Virus record (IMG/VR): IMGVR_UViG_3300050505_000421
Span: 26,579-90,578 of that record
Length of the DNA stretch: 64,000 nt
Origin: a virus
Strand: one strand, 5' to 3'
Part shown: positions 34,754 to 44,607 of the stretch, in pieces
Layout of the letters: each line of letters starts with the position of its first letter
How positions within the stretch are numbered: the stretch's first letter is position 1
Notes under the pieces: generated by a model
Database searches by the model: none
What the model saw: the letters and a program-made list of their open reading frames with translations, nothing else
What the model was told of the DNA's origin: nothing
Made by a program: the position numbers and the translations under genes

Positions 34754-35260
34754 GTGGCAATTCGCGTCCCACTGCTTCTTGAAACGGTTCAGGCCGTAAT
34801 CAGTCGGGTTGACGGCCCTGCCACGGCTGCGTTCAATCCTCCCGGAGGTCCAGCGTCGGGTTACGACACGGACTTCCGCGAACCGATAAAGTACAAGTCT
34901 GGTACTGCCTCCGTGTCGTCCTTGCAATACAAGACGGCTATCAAAGTAGCTTGCCAGGTGGAGGCGCTTACGGCGGAGCGCTTGCGGGAGTACTTCCCGG
35001 GCGACTCTCCGAGTTCCAACTTGATCGTGGTGATTTCGCGCATCGACGCGGAGGCGATGGGCATCCTAGACAGCACTACACGGAAGATCGCGATCGGGGT
35101 GAACGATCGCGTGGAGCGTTTCGAGAAGGCTGGCGCAATCGTGCACCCACTGGCGCAGCCCTTGTACGTCTTTGAGGTGAGGCCCGCCTCCTGGGGCTTC
35201 GGGCCTGATGGTCACGACCTCGAGTTGCTGTTCCTCAACGATCGGCCGAAGGCGGTCTAG
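34754..35260 (+). CDS. head closure/neck protein
   Basis: GYDTDFREP; synteny. Confidence 0.6.
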   Translation: MAIRVPLLLETVQAVISRVDGPATAAFNPPGGPASGYDTDFREPIKYKSGTASVSSLQYKTAIKVACQVEALTAERLREYFPGDSPSSNLIVVISRIDAEAMGILDSTTRKIAIGVNDRVERFEKAGAIVHPLAQPLYVFEVRPASWGFGPDGHDLELLFLNDRPKAV

Positions 35261-36076
35261 ATGCCCGTCGAGATTCGAGGCGACTACGACAAGCTCCGCG
35301 CCGCGCTGACGGCTGTGGAGACGCGTCTGCCCTTGCATCTCGTGACGACAGCGGCGGGTGTCATCGAGGAAACAGAGCGCTGGATTCGCAAAGCCTACCT
35401 CGGTGTTGGAGCCGAGAGTCGCAAGGTGCAGCCGATCGCACCAATCGCGAAGGGTACGGCGATCAAGCGTCAGTTCGGTAAGGATGCGGGACAGACACCG
35501 GCCGCAGAGCGCACTGTCGGAGACATGCCGTTCATCGACACGTTCGGCTTGGCACGGGCAGGCGGTCCGATTCATCACGAACTGTCTGGTGGGGCCCGTG
35601 GTCTTCGTTTCTCCGTGTCCGTAGACCCGAGTTCGAAATCGCCGCGCGGTATGCCCTACACCAAGGCTGCTGCGATAATCGAACGCGGTGTGGCCGGTGC
35701 GTCGATCGAGATCACGCCGCGGATGCGAGCGTACTTGCATTGGCTCTTTCGGCAAGCAGGTCTTCCAGAGCCTGATGGGAAGGCGCAGGGCAGTAAGCGC
35801 ATGCTCTTGATGATCCCACCGCGTCCTGTGTGGGGGCGGGCTTACGAAGCGTTGGCGAAGTCCATGCTTTCCGAACACCCGGAGTTCCCGCAGTTGGGTT
35901 TCGCGCAGATCTTCATGAAGAAGCTCGCACGAGACATTCAAGGTTCGCTGGAGTCTACGAGCGCGCTTTCGAATCCGGGCGTCGTTGCGCCGGCAGTGCC
36001 CGCGAACATCACGGTTCCTGTGCCGCCTGCTTCTACAACGTCCAGCAGCGATGTCACCGTCGTGGGCCGCAAATAG
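35261..36076 (+). CDS. neck/tail completion protein (HK97 gp10-like)
   Basis: AAIIERG, IPPRPVW; synteny. Confidence 0.6.
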   Translation: MPVEIRGDYDKLRAALTAVETRLPLHLVTTAAGVIEETERWIRKAYLGVGAESRKVQPIAPIAKGTAIKRQFGKDAGQTPAAERTVGDMPFIDTFGLARAGGPIHHELSGGARGLRFSVSVDPSSKSPRGMPYTKAAAIIERGVAGASIEITPRMRAYLHWLFRQAGLPEPDGKAQGSKRMLLMIPPRPVWGRAYEALAKSMLSEHPEFPQLGFAQIFMKKLARDIQGSLESTSALSNPGVVAPAVPANITVPVPPASTTSSSDVTVVGRK

Positions 36077-37039
36077 ATGGCCGTACCCACGATCACATCG
36101 ATCACGCCGGCGAGTGGTCCCGCCCTCGGTCGGAACTTGGTCGAGATTGTCGGGACCAATTTCAACCTCCCCCCGCCGGTCACCGGCACACCTGTTCCGT
36201 ACGACTTCCGTGTGACCGCGGATGCGGCGCGGTCCGTGGACGTGTTGTTCGATGCGGAACTGTGTCCCCTCATCGAAGTCGTCTCGGCGACGCTCCTCCG
36301 TGTCTGGCCGCCGGCGTATCGCGGCGACTCAAATCAGGACACGTTTCTCGCGGTGACGATCACGATCACGAACATCGACACGTTCGGGAATCCGATCCTC
36401 GGGGAGACAGTCACCAGCCTGCCGCTGTACACGTATCAACGTACAGGTCTCATCCCGCCGGATGTAACCACGACGCCGTTCGAGTCGGTGACGCGAGAAC
36501 TGCTGCGCACGTACAAGCGCGCTGTGATCAAGAACGTCTCGCACTCCACGCATACGGACTACGCGGAGTTTCCGTACACGACGCTGCTTCTTGCGGACGT
36601 GCCGTCCCTGCACTTCGTTGGTCCGCGCGTCTCGCATGACCCGGAGTTCACACACAACGAGTTCTCGTACCGTGGCCCGGAGGATGCTGTTGAGGTGTTC
36701 GACCCTCCGATGGTCTATCAACTCGAGTACGACATCCTCGGTATCTCGGACAGCCAAGTGGAGCTCCAAGGCTTGATGGCAGCGACACGCGAGGTCCCGG
36801 AACGGGCGGGTTGGTTGGTCATGGACAACCCGCTCGGCGGGGACCGCCTAAAGCATTGGCTACAGTCGGTTGAGGACCCCAAGGAAGTCGGCGGTCCATC
36901 GGACGCAAACCTGCGTGTTTTCTCTTCTACGGTTCGCGTGCGCGGAGTTTCGGTCTACTTCTCGGAACGCCGCGATTTGACAGCAACTGTCGAGGAAGTA
37001 CAGCAAGAGATCTCGGACGAAGAGGGCGAAATCATATGA
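36077..37039 (+). CDS. tail terminator-like protein with N-terminal IPT/TIG domain
   Basis: PTITSITPASGPALGRNLVEIVGTNF. Confidence 0.7.
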   Translation: MAVPTITSITPASGPALGRNLVEIVGTNFNLPPPVTGTPVPYDFRVTADAARSVDVLFDAELCPLIEVVSATLLRVWPPAYRGDSNQDTFLAVTITITNIDTFGNPILGETVTSLPLYTYQRTGLIPPDVTTTPFESVTRELLRTYKRAVIKNVSHSTHTDYAEFPYTTLLLADVPSLHFVGPRVSHDPEFTHNEFSYRGPEDAVEVFDPPMVYQLEYDILGISDSQVELQGLMAATREVPERAGWLVMDNPLGGDRLKHWLQSVEDPKEVGGPSDANLRVFSSTVRVRGVSVYFSERRDLTATVEEVQQEISDEEGEII

Positions 37040-37082
37040 CCTCTCTTGACTTAGGTACCAGCGCCATGGCAGTATTGCGGTC

Positions 37083-37352
37083 GTGAACATCCTGCGCAAT
37101 GCGAAGGCCAAGCCCTTCGTCACAACGCTGTACCACGAGCTGTACTGTGCAAACGGCGGCCCGTGCAACTGCAAGTCGGAACTGTACAACCACGCCACGG
37201 AGAAGGGACTGGTCCGCGGGAAGCGAAAGCTCCCGGACAGCCTCACGATTCTGGGTGGCGAGGAGGTCAAGGATCCGCATCCTGCGCTCCTGAAGCTTCC
37301 GCAAGTTGCGGATGCGCTGAAGCGTGGGGACCTGATCTCGCGGTCGGCTTAA
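37083..37352 (+). CDS. hypothetical protein upstream of sheath
   Basis: H..YC...CNC, ALKRGDL; TTGACT-N18-CAGTAT upstream. Confidence 0.6.
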   Translation: MNILRNAKAKPFVTTLYHELYCANGGPCNCKSELYNHATEKGLVRGKRKLPDSLTILGGEEVKDPHPALLKLPQVADALKRGDLISRSA

Positions 37353-37376
37353 GCGGCTGCGTTAGCGAGGACCTTC

Positions 37377-39635
37377 ATGGGCCAGTTCCTGTCGTCCGGA
37401 ATCTTCATCTCCGAGCCGCCGCCGCGGATTCGCAATCAGCCGACGATCGCCAGCGCGGTCGCGGGTTTCATCGGCATCGCGGAGTCGGGGCCGATCGGGG
37501 TGGCCACCGCTCTCACCTCGTACGAAGAGTTCGTGAACATCTTCGGCGGCTTCATCACAGCCGGGGAACTCGCGCTGCAGGTGCGGCAGTTCTTCCTGCT
37601 CGGGGGTAGTTCGTGCTTCGTGGTGCGTACAGCGCACTACACAGACATCACAAGCCACGGTTCGTACACCGCGTTGACCGCCGACGTCGATCTGTTGACC
37701 GCGTCGACCACACCAGGTCCGGGTGAGGTGGAGGGTTCCGCGTCGGCGCCGTTCGATCTCGAGCCCGGTGACACGTTCATCGGCAGTGTTGGTGGTGCCG
37801 CGAACCAGACCGTCACGTTTACTGCGACGGCGGCTGTGCGCAAGAGCACGAACGTCTCGCCTTTCGCGCTGGCAGACCTCGACACGCTCACGTTCAAGAT
37901 TGACGGTGGCTCCGTGCAGACGGTGACGTTCCACACGTCGCAGTTCATCGCCATCGCCGCCGCGACTGCGGCCGAGGTGGCCGCGGTGCTGAACGCTGGT
38001 TCCACGGGCGTGGCCTGGACGGTCGGTGCCGGCGGCGACGCTGGCAAGGTGATCGCGACGTCTGACAAGCGCGGTACAGCCTCTTCGGTCGAGGTTACGG
38101 GCGGGACCGCCAACGCGGGCGGCAAGCTGAACTTCGCGACGGCCCTCACCAGCGGTACGGGCAACGTCGCGAACATCGACGCGGTAACCTTCGCTGAGAT
38201 CGAGAGCCTTGTCGAGGCGACCTGGACAAACAACAGCGGCGTGTCCGTGACGAACGTCGGTGGCAAGGTTCACATCGCGACGGTGGCCACGGGCGCGTCT
38301 GCCAGCATTCAGGTCATCGCGACCTCGACGGCGGACGACGAGCTTGGTTTCGACAACGCGACGCACACGGGGACCTCCGGTGTGGCCGCGGCGACGCTTA
38401 CCGTGGCCGCGAAGTGGCCCGGTGCGTACGGGAACGACCTGACTGCGGAGGTTGCGGCGGCGACGTCTGGCGTGGCGAGCGAGTTCAACTTCAACATTCG
38501 GCAGGACTCGATTCTGGTCGAGCAGTGGCCGAACATGACGATGGACACGACCGCGGACAACTACATCCTGACCGCCGTCAACGATGCCTCGACAGGCTCG
38601 TTGCTCGTCCAAGTGACGGACCTCGGTCTGGCGGGCAGCGCGACGCAACGTCGGCCGGCCAACGTCGGTTCGCCGTACGCGGCGCTCATCGGTGGAGACG
38701 ACGGGCTGAGCGCGATCGCGGACGTTGACTTCAGCGGGGACGAGGCCGGGCAGACCGGCATCCGCGCGTTCGACGGTGTTCCCGAGATCACGATGCTTGC
38801 GTCGCCGGACCGTAGCACGACTGCGGTGCAGAGCGCCATCCTGACGTACTGCGAGATCACGCGGGCCTTGACCAACGAGAAGGTCTGGGCGGTGCTCGAT
38901 CCGCCGGCCGGTCTGTCGTACACGGCAATCGGGACCCACCGCGATTCGCTCTCGCCGGGTGAGACGGAGGCGGGCGGTCTGTTCTGGCCCCGTATCGAGA
39001 TCGCGAACCCATCGAGCGCCGTGTTCGGGAATGACGAGCGCTTGGTCATCTGCCCGTCTGGCTCGATCATGGGGCGCTGCTCGTTCAATGACGCGCAGAA
39101 GCGGGAAGGCGCGTTCGCGCAGCCCGGCGGGTCGGAGGACGGTGTGCTGGACGGCGTCCTCGGTGTCGAGAACGCCGACGTCAATCGCAAGGCGGTGCGC
39201 GACGTCATCTACCCGAAGCAGATCAACCCGATTCGCTTCGTGGACGGGAAAGGCACCTACATCGACGGCGTGATGACGCTGAAGGCGAACGGGAACTTCC
39301 CGTCGATCGGCGAGCGTCGTGGTGTGGACGACATCGAGCGGACACTCAACTCCGGCCTCGACTTCCTTCGGCACAAGAACAACACGCCGGAGCTCCGCGC
39401 TTCGGCCGAGCGGACCGTGGTCGCGTACCTCACGCTCAAGATGAACCAGGGCTGCTTCGCGTCGAACAACCCGAAGGAGGCTTTCTTCGTGGACGCGAGT
39501 GCGCGCCTCAACACACCGGCGGTCATCGCGGCGCGGCAGTTGAAGATTCGGATCGGCCTGGCGACGAACTCGCCGGCGGAGTTCGTCATCGTCGAGATCA
39601 CCAAGGACCTGCAGGCGCTGCAGGACGCTGCGTAA
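37377..39635 (+). CDS. tail sheath protein with inserted decoration domains
   Basis: SGIFISE..., AGFIGIAESGPIG, KWPGAYGN, QINPIR, IGERR, PAEFVIVEI. Confidence 0.92.
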   Translation: MGQFLSSGIFISEPPPRIRNQPTIASAVAGFIGIAESGPIGVATALTSYEEFVNIFGGFITAGELALQVRQFFLLGGSSCFVVRTAHYTDITSHGSYTALTADVDLLTASTTPGPGEVEGSASAPFDLEPGDTFIGSVGGAANQTVTFTATAAVRKSTNVSPFALADLDTLTFKIDGGSVQTVTFHTSQFIAIAAATAAEVAAVLNAGSTGVAWTVGAGGDAGKVIATSDKRGTASSVEVTGGTANAGGKLNFATALTSGTGNVANIDAVTFAEIESLVEATWTNNSGVSVTNVGGKVHIATVATGASASIQVIATSTADDELGFDNATHTGTSGVAAATLTVAAKWPGAYGNDLTAEVAAATSGVASEFNFNIRQDSILVEQWPNMTMDTTADNYILTAVNDASTGSLLVQVTDLGLAGSATQRRPANVGSPYAALIGGDDGLSAIADVDFSGDEAGQTGIRAFDGVPEITMLASPDRSTTAVQSAILTYCEITRALTNEKVWAVLDPPAGLSYTAIGTHRDSLSPGETEAGGLFWPRIEIANPSSAVFGNDERLVICPSGSIMGRCSFNDAQKREGAFAQPGGSEDGVLDGVLGVENADVNRKAVRDVIYPKQINPIRFVDGKGTYIDGVMTLKANGNFPSIGERRGVDDIERTLNSGLDFLRHKNNTPELRASAERTVVAYLTLKMNQGCFASNNPKEAFFVDASARLNTPAVIAARQLKIRIGLATNSPAEFVIVEITKDLQALQDAA

Positions 39636-39652
39636 GCGCGAGGAGTTGATCG

Positions 39653-40129
39653 ATGCCTACCGTCGGAACACCGCGCGAGCTTCACGGACGTTTCAAGTTC
39701 GTGGTCGAGATCGACGGCTTCGAGGCCGCCTTCTTCTCGAAGTGCTCGGCCCTCGTCTTCGAAGCCGCGATGATCCCGTACCGCGAGGGCGGTTCGCTCA
39801 TCCCGCACAAGATCCCGGGGCTGGTCACCTTCCCGCCCATCACGCTTGAGCGCGGCGTCTCCGTGAACGCGGACTTCCACGCGTGGGCGCTTGAGGTTGC
39901 CGACGCGTCGTCCGGTACGCCGCTCGGGACCGGGCAGTTGACGCCGGCGTACAAGCGCACCCTCTCGATCATCCAGCGCGACCGCGACAACTCCGTGATC
40001 CTGCGCTACGACCTGTTCGGCGTGTTCCCCACCAAGCTCGAGGCGGGCCAGTGGGACAACAACGCGAACGAGGTCACCATCGAAATGATGACTCTGGAGT
40101 ACGACTACTTCCAGCGCATTGTGGGCTAG
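39653..40129 (+). CDS. tail tube protein (T4 gp19-like)
   Basis: RFKFVVEIDG..F..CS.L...YREGG..HKIPG...ITLERG. Confidence 0.9.
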   Translation: MPTVGTPRELHGRFKFVVEIDGFEAAFFSKCSALVFEAAMIPYREGGSLIPHKIPGLVTFPPITLERGVSVNADFHAWALEVADASSGTPLGTGQLTPAYKRTLSIIQRDRDNSVILRYDLFGVFPTKLEAGQWDNNANEVTIEMMTLEYDYFQRIVG

Positions 40130-40142
40130 CAGCCCATTACAG

Positions 40143-40181
40143 TCTTCTTCCTTGTGGTTGGTTGAACCGCAGGAAAGAAGA
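40143..40181. repeat. element A (40144-40160) paired with degenerate B (40165-40181)
   Basis: TCTTCTTCCTTGTGGTT-GGTTG-AACCGCAGGAAAGAAGA, 16/17 pairs incl. 2 G:U and a compensatory G-C. Confidence 0.85.
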
Positions 40182-40201
40182 AGTTCAAAGGAAGGTTCGA
40201 C

Positions 40202-40978
40202 ATGGAAGTTTCCTGCCCGTCCGGTCTTCAGGGCCGGATTCGTGGTTTCAAGGTCTCCGAAATCGCACTGTTGTCGGATCGAACGCGGACGCGCAGCGGC
40301 GCAGTCCTAGGCGAGATCTACCGCGATTGTTGGTTGGAGACGCTGGACGCCGGACCCTACAATTTTGTAGACAAGGCCGGTGCTCCAACGAAGCCGGACT
40401 GGGATGTTGTGTTGGAAGGAGACCGTCTTCATCTCCTCCTCGAGCTTCGGCGTAATACGCACGGGGACGAGTACGAGTTCGACCTGCGCTGCGAGCGGGA
40501 AGAGTGCGGTCGTCCGATCCCGACGATGATCAAGCTATCCGAGCTCGAGCGCGAACCTCTGGGCAAGTCTGGTCGGGAGCACGTACAAACGGGAAAACCC
40601 TTCGAGACGGTGTGCGAGGGCAAGACCGTGAAGTACCGTTTGCTTGTCGGACGAGACCAGAAGTTCCAAGCGCAGTTGACCGAACAGTCGGCACCACAGC
40701 GCTTGATCAGCATTATGGCGCGGCGCATCGTTGAAGTGGAAGGCATCGGCACGGACTTCCGCAAGATCCGTGACTGGCTCAAGGATGTGGATGCGAACGA
40801 GGCCGACGCGCTGCAGGACGAGATGGATGCCGTAGAGGGCGGAGTCAAGACGGACATCCAAGTCACCTGTCGGAACTGCGGGTGGGATCAGGTGCAACTC
40901 CTCCCTTTAGAGATTGGGTTCTTCTCGAGCCGGAAGCGTTTCTCGCACTCCCGTCGAGCCAAGGATGGTTCGATCTGA
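40202..40978 (+). CDS. tail assembly chaperone (T4 gp26/baseplate-hub assembly-like)
   Basis: GDR..LL..LR..THG.EY.F...C...C; C-terminal CRNCG; between tube and tape measure. Confidence 0.7.
   Translation: MEVSCPSGLQGRIRGFKVSEIALLSDRTRTRSGAVLGEIYRDCWLETLDAGPYNFVDKAGAPTKPDWDVVLEGDRLHLLLELRRNTHGDEYEFDLRCEREECGRPIPTMIKLSELEREPLGKSGREHVQTGKPFETVCEGKTVKYRLLVGRDQKFQAQLTEQSAPQRLISIMARRIVEVEGIGTDFRKIRDWLKDVDANEADALQDEMDAVEGGVKTDIQVTCRNCGWDQVQLLPLEIGFFSSRKRFSHSRRAKDGSI
40903..40909 (+). other. -1 programmed frameshift slippery site (C CCT TTA)
   Basis: XXXYYYZ heptamer in correct phase; -1 frame open to 41133. Confidence 0.65.
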
Positions 40979-41132
40979 TGTGGGACCTGACGGTTCAGTG
41001 GCCGAGTTCTTGGTACACGAACCTGAATCTGTCTTGGTCGGAAGTCTTGAACTTGGATCTCGAGGTTGCGGTTGCGCTGCGGACACGGTTGAATGAGCAG
41101 AGGGAGGAACAGGCGCAGAACCTGAAACGCTA

Positions 41133-43550
41133 GTGGCGAACAACGCTTACGTCATTCGCATTGAGATCGTGGCACCTGAGTCGAACGTTCCGGCACAGGT
41201 GAAGAAGGTTGGTGCGTCTCTCGATGAAATGAAGGGTAAGGTCAAGGACGTTTCCGAGAAGACCGACGGGAGTTTCAAGAACCTCGCCGGTGCATTCACA
41301 GGCCTCGTCGTCGCCGCGCACGCCAAGGATGCCATCGTCAGTTTCCTGAGTCCGGCCGCCGCCATGTCCGATGCCACCGCGAAGCTCGGTGTTGCCACAG
41401 GCGTTACGGGCAAGAAGCTCGACGACCTCGTGAAGTCGGCCGAAGCGGCGCGTGCGGCAACAATGTTCTCTCCGGAAGAGGCCATCTCCGGTATGGCCGA
41501 CCTTACCCAGAAGCTCGGATCGTCTGAAGCAGCCGCGAAGGCGTTGAAGCCCGCGATGGAGCTCGCGGCTGCTTCCGCAGGGCGCCTTGGCCTTGGGACG
41601 GCCGTGGACTTGACCGCGGACTTGCTTGATGAGTTCGGCATCTCTGCAGACCGGTCCGCTGCGGCGGTCGATAAACTCGTCATCACGTCGCGTCTTACAA
41701 AGACGCCGTTGGATGAGTTCAAGAATTCGCTCGGCAAGATCGGTGTGGTCGCGAGCGAAGCGAACGTCGGCTTCGAGGACTCTGTAACGGCGTTTGCGTT
41801 GGCGCGCGACGCGCTGCAGAGTGGCCGCGCAACGTTCTCTGGAATGGGGGCGTTGCTCAAGGGCCTCACAACGCCGGACACAATCACCTCTTTGAAGCGC
41901 TACGGTATTGAGGCCCTGGACGCAACCGGGCACTTCCGGGGCTTTCGCGCGGTCGTTGCGGACATCGCAGAGAAGGGCATCAATCCGTTCGTACTACAGA
42001 GCGAGTTGGGCGAGTCCGCGACCAAATTCCTGACGGCTGCCGTGGACAGTTTGAATGGCGGTATCACGGACATGAATGGCAACCTCGTCACCGGTGCTGC
42101 CGCAATGGAAGCGTTGACCAACGCACAGACGCACGCCGGCGGCGTGACGACCAAGCTTTCTGAAGAGTCGCTAGCTGGTTTCACTGCGCGCATCGAGAAT
42201 CTCAAAGGCTCGTTGTCGGAACTGGCTGCGACAATCGGCGGGCCGATCCTGAGTACCGTGGGCACACTGATCATGTTCATCGCGAAGGGTGCCGCCAAGG
42301 TTGTGGAGTGGGCCAACTCCAACAATCCGCTTGTGTCTGGTCTCACGAAGCTCGCTACTGTTGGACTCGGCGCGACAATCATAATTGGCACCCTGATCTT
42401 CGGGCTCTTGGCCGCTTCAGCCGCGACACGCATTTTCCAGGGCGCCATGGCCGCAGCTGTCGTCGAGACAGGCGCACTCGCCACTGCCATCAAGGTCCTG
42501 CAAGCATCGGCGGGTCCTCTGGGTCTCGCTTTGATGGCCGTTGGTTTCATCGGCTATGAAATCTATGACACGTACGCAGCTAAAGCGGCCGGTTCCACAG
42601 AGGATCTAACCAAGAACCTCAATGTACTGCCGGACGCTCTTGGGAATACGAAGGACGCAGCCGAGAAGGCGGGCGTCGCTGTCTCTGGTTTGCAGTCCGA
42701 TTTCAAGAAGTTCATGGACTTCATCGCCGGCGTCGCGAAGTTCAACTTGGCCATCTTCACGGACAAGGACTTCTCGACACTGGACAAGGCCAAGAAGGAA
42801 CTCAACGAGATTGGCAAGACCGCCGGCATGGATCCGGTTGCGCTGGCTAAGACAGGCGAGCGCCTCGCGGCACTCCCAAAAATGTTCGACGATCTACGCA
42901 AGGGCATTCCCGGCGCTACCGAGAACATGAAGGGGTTGGAGATCGCAGTGCTTGATACACTGACGGCACTGCGAATTCACCACCCCGAGCGCACAGCACT
43001 CATCAAGGACCTTGAGGCTACGGCGGATCGTATTCACAAGACGACCACGCCGGAGCAGATCGAAGCCTTGAATCGTTACGCCGGCATGTTTGCAGCGGGT
43101 AAGCCCGGACTTGAAAGCCTCAAGATTGGGTCTACGGAAGAAGGACTCACGCCAGAGGAGCGCCTCAAGGCCGCCGCTGCAGCAGCGGCCGGCGGTGGTG
43201 CAGGCGCATCGACACTTGCGACTCCTGGTGCAAGTGCAGGAACAAAGGGAAGTGGCAGTACGGCGGCGCGCGACTTGGACCGCTTGATGCTCGGTCCAGC
43301 CGCGCCCGGAATGCCATTTGGGGCCACACCCCTCGAGGGCCTCTATCATGCGTTGCGCGCTATTACGACAGCGTCTGAGAACACTACTTGGGTTGGCGGG
43401 CGCAACCTTACACACGCACCGCCGCTTCATATCACAGTTGTAATGCCGGATAAGACGCACGAAGTCTCGGACACAGCGATTCGATCGGCTGCTTCCGGTA
43501 TAGACCCGGCTGGCGGCGGGTTTGGCTACGTCGTGGAACCGAAATTCTAG
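41133..43550 (+). CDS. tape measure protein (TP901-like core)
   Basis: Ala-rich helical; FSPEEAISGM..L.Q..G, A..VDKLV, central hydrophobic segments. Confidence 0.88.
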   Translation: MANNAYVIRIEIVAPESNVPAQVKKVGASLDEMKGKVKDVSEKTDGSFKNLAGAFTGLVVAAHAKDAIVSFLSPAAAMSDATAKLGVATGVTGKKLDDLVKSAEAARAATMFSPEEAISGMADLTQKLGSSEAAAKALKPAMELAAASAGRLGLGTAVDLTADLLDEFGISADRSAAAVDKLVITSRLTKTPLDEFKNSLGKIGVVASEANVGFEDSVTAFALARDALQSGRATFSGMGALLKGLTTPDTITSLKRYGIEALDATGHFRGFRAVVADIAEKGINPFVLQSELGESATKFLTAAVDSLNGGITDMNGNLVTGAAAMEALTNAQTHAGGVTTKLSEESLAGFTARIENLKGSLSELAATIGGPILSTVGTLIMFIAKGAAKVVEWANSNNPLVSGLTKLATVGLGATIIIGTLIFGLLAASAATRIFQGAMAAAVVETGALATAIKVLQASAGPLGLALMAVGFIGYEIYDTYAAKAAGSTEDLTKNLNVLPDALGNTKDAAEKAGVAVSGLQSDFKKFMDFIAGVAKFNLAIFTDKDFSTLDKAKKELNEIGKTAGMDPVALAKTGERLAALPKMFDDLRKGIPGATENMKGLEIAVLDTLTALRIHHPERTALIKDLEATADRIHKTTTPEQIEALNRYAGMFAAGKPGLESLKIGSTEEGLTPEERLKAAAAAAAGGGAGASTLATPGASAGTKGSGSTAARDLDRLMLGPAAPGMPFGATPLEGLYHALRAITTASENTTWVGGRNLTHAPPLHITVVMPDKTHEVSDTAIRSAASGIDPAGGGFGYVVEPKF

Positions 43551-43559
43551 GAGGCTGAC

Positions 43560-44246
43560 GTGGCAAACTTCGCGCAGCGACCCCTACTTCCGCACGACCC
43601 GTTTGGTGGAGGCCGCCCACTGCCGGATATAGAGGGCGTCTCTCTCCCAAAGACGGGCTTCACCGCGGTCAAGTGCTTCTTGGTGAACGAGAAGTCTGGC
43701 GAGTCGCTCGAGGTCCTCCTCAATCCGACTGCCTATCCTGAGGGTATCCAGGTCGTCTGGGCCAAGCAACCCGTTCTCGGCCTTTCCCACGAGGTCTTGC
43801 AATACGTTCGCACGGTGTCGATGCAGACGAGCTTCCAACTCGTGGTCTCTGAAGCCGTCATGGCGGAGTTCGGGATCACCCGAGCGCCGATCGACTATCG
43901 GAACTTCTTCCTCGGTCTTGGGTACCCCTTCGTAGAGCGCGATGCCCCGACCGACGTCCTGTTTGTGTGGCCGCAGATCACGTCTATCCGCGGTGTGATC
44001 GAGCAGGCACGCATCAACCACCAGCGCTTCAACCTCCACACCGGAGGGGCGATGGACTATACGATCGACATCACCATCATCGAGCGCCGGAGCTCTCTCC
44101 GCACGCACGCGCTGGCGCGGCAGTTCGGCTTCCGTGATCCAGACATTCGCCCTGTGCGCAGCCAAGTTCGTACCGAGTCCCCCATCGCCGGCGGACGCAG
44201 CCTGGGTGATTTCCCCATCGTTGTTTCCACGGTGGAGGCGGCGTAG
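43560..44246 (+). CDS. CIS tube-like baseplate initiator
   Basis: LNP..Y...VVWAKQPVLGLSHEVLQY; synteny. Confidence 0.65.
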   Translation: MANFAQRPLLPHDPFGGGRPLPDIEGVSLPKTGFTAVKCFLVNEKSGESLEVLLNPTAYPEGIQVVWAKQPVLGLSHEVLQYVRTVSMQTSFQLVVSEAVMAEFGITRAPIDYRNFFLGLGYPFVERDAPTDVLFVWPQITSIRGVIEQARINHQRFNLHTGGAMDYTIDITIIERRSSLRTHALARQFGFRDPDIRPVRSQVRTESPIAGGRSLGDFPIVVSTVEAA

Positions 44247-44582
44247 ATGCCGCCCTTTCCGGGATCGCGATACCTGCCAGGCGGCGTGCTCCAGCGCGAC
44301 GTGGACGGCATCTCGCTACTTCCTGTGCGAGAGCCGTTTCTATTCGAGGAGCGCCCGGACAACACACTGCACCGGGTCATCTCGGGTGACACGCTCGAAA
44401 ACCTCGCCGAGCAGTTCTACAACAACGCACTTCTCTTTTGGGTCATCGCCGACTTCCAGCCCGAACCGCTACTGGATCCTTCGGAGGATCTCGAGACCGG
44501 CTCCATTCTAGTTCTACCGTCCGTCGAGTACGTCAACTCCAAGGTGCTCGGAAGCCCTGAAGGCGCCCGAGTAATCTTGTGA
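44247..44582 (+). CDS. LysM-domain baseplate protein (gpX-like)
   Basis: HRVISGDTLENLAEQFY...WVIADF...GSILVLP. Confidence 0.85.
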   Translation: MPPFPGSRYLPGGVLQRDVDGISLLPVREPFLFEERPDNTLHRVISGDTLENLAEQFYNNALLFWVIADFQPEPLLDPSEDLETGSILVLPSVEYVNSKVLGSPEGARVIL

Positions 44583-44583
44583 A

Positions 44584-44600
44584 CTTCTTCCTTGTGCTTG
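44584..44600 (+). repeat. 17-bp element A (exact)
   Basis: 1 nt after stop 44582. Confidence 0.95.
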
Positions 44601-44607
44601 GTGACAC

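Noticed and set aside
37362-39374. Long antisense ORFs (670 aa here; also 25420-26604, 44755-45657, 52515-53591, 62966-64000)
   Set aside because: Shadow frames of strongly codon-biased high-GC genes; no motifs, no RBS, opposite well-supported genes.
14339-40188. AGTTCAA in four intergenic leaders (14339, 24732, 32734, 40182)
   Set aside because: A 7-mer is expected a few times by chance and is common in coding sequence; cannot be supported without a statistical test.
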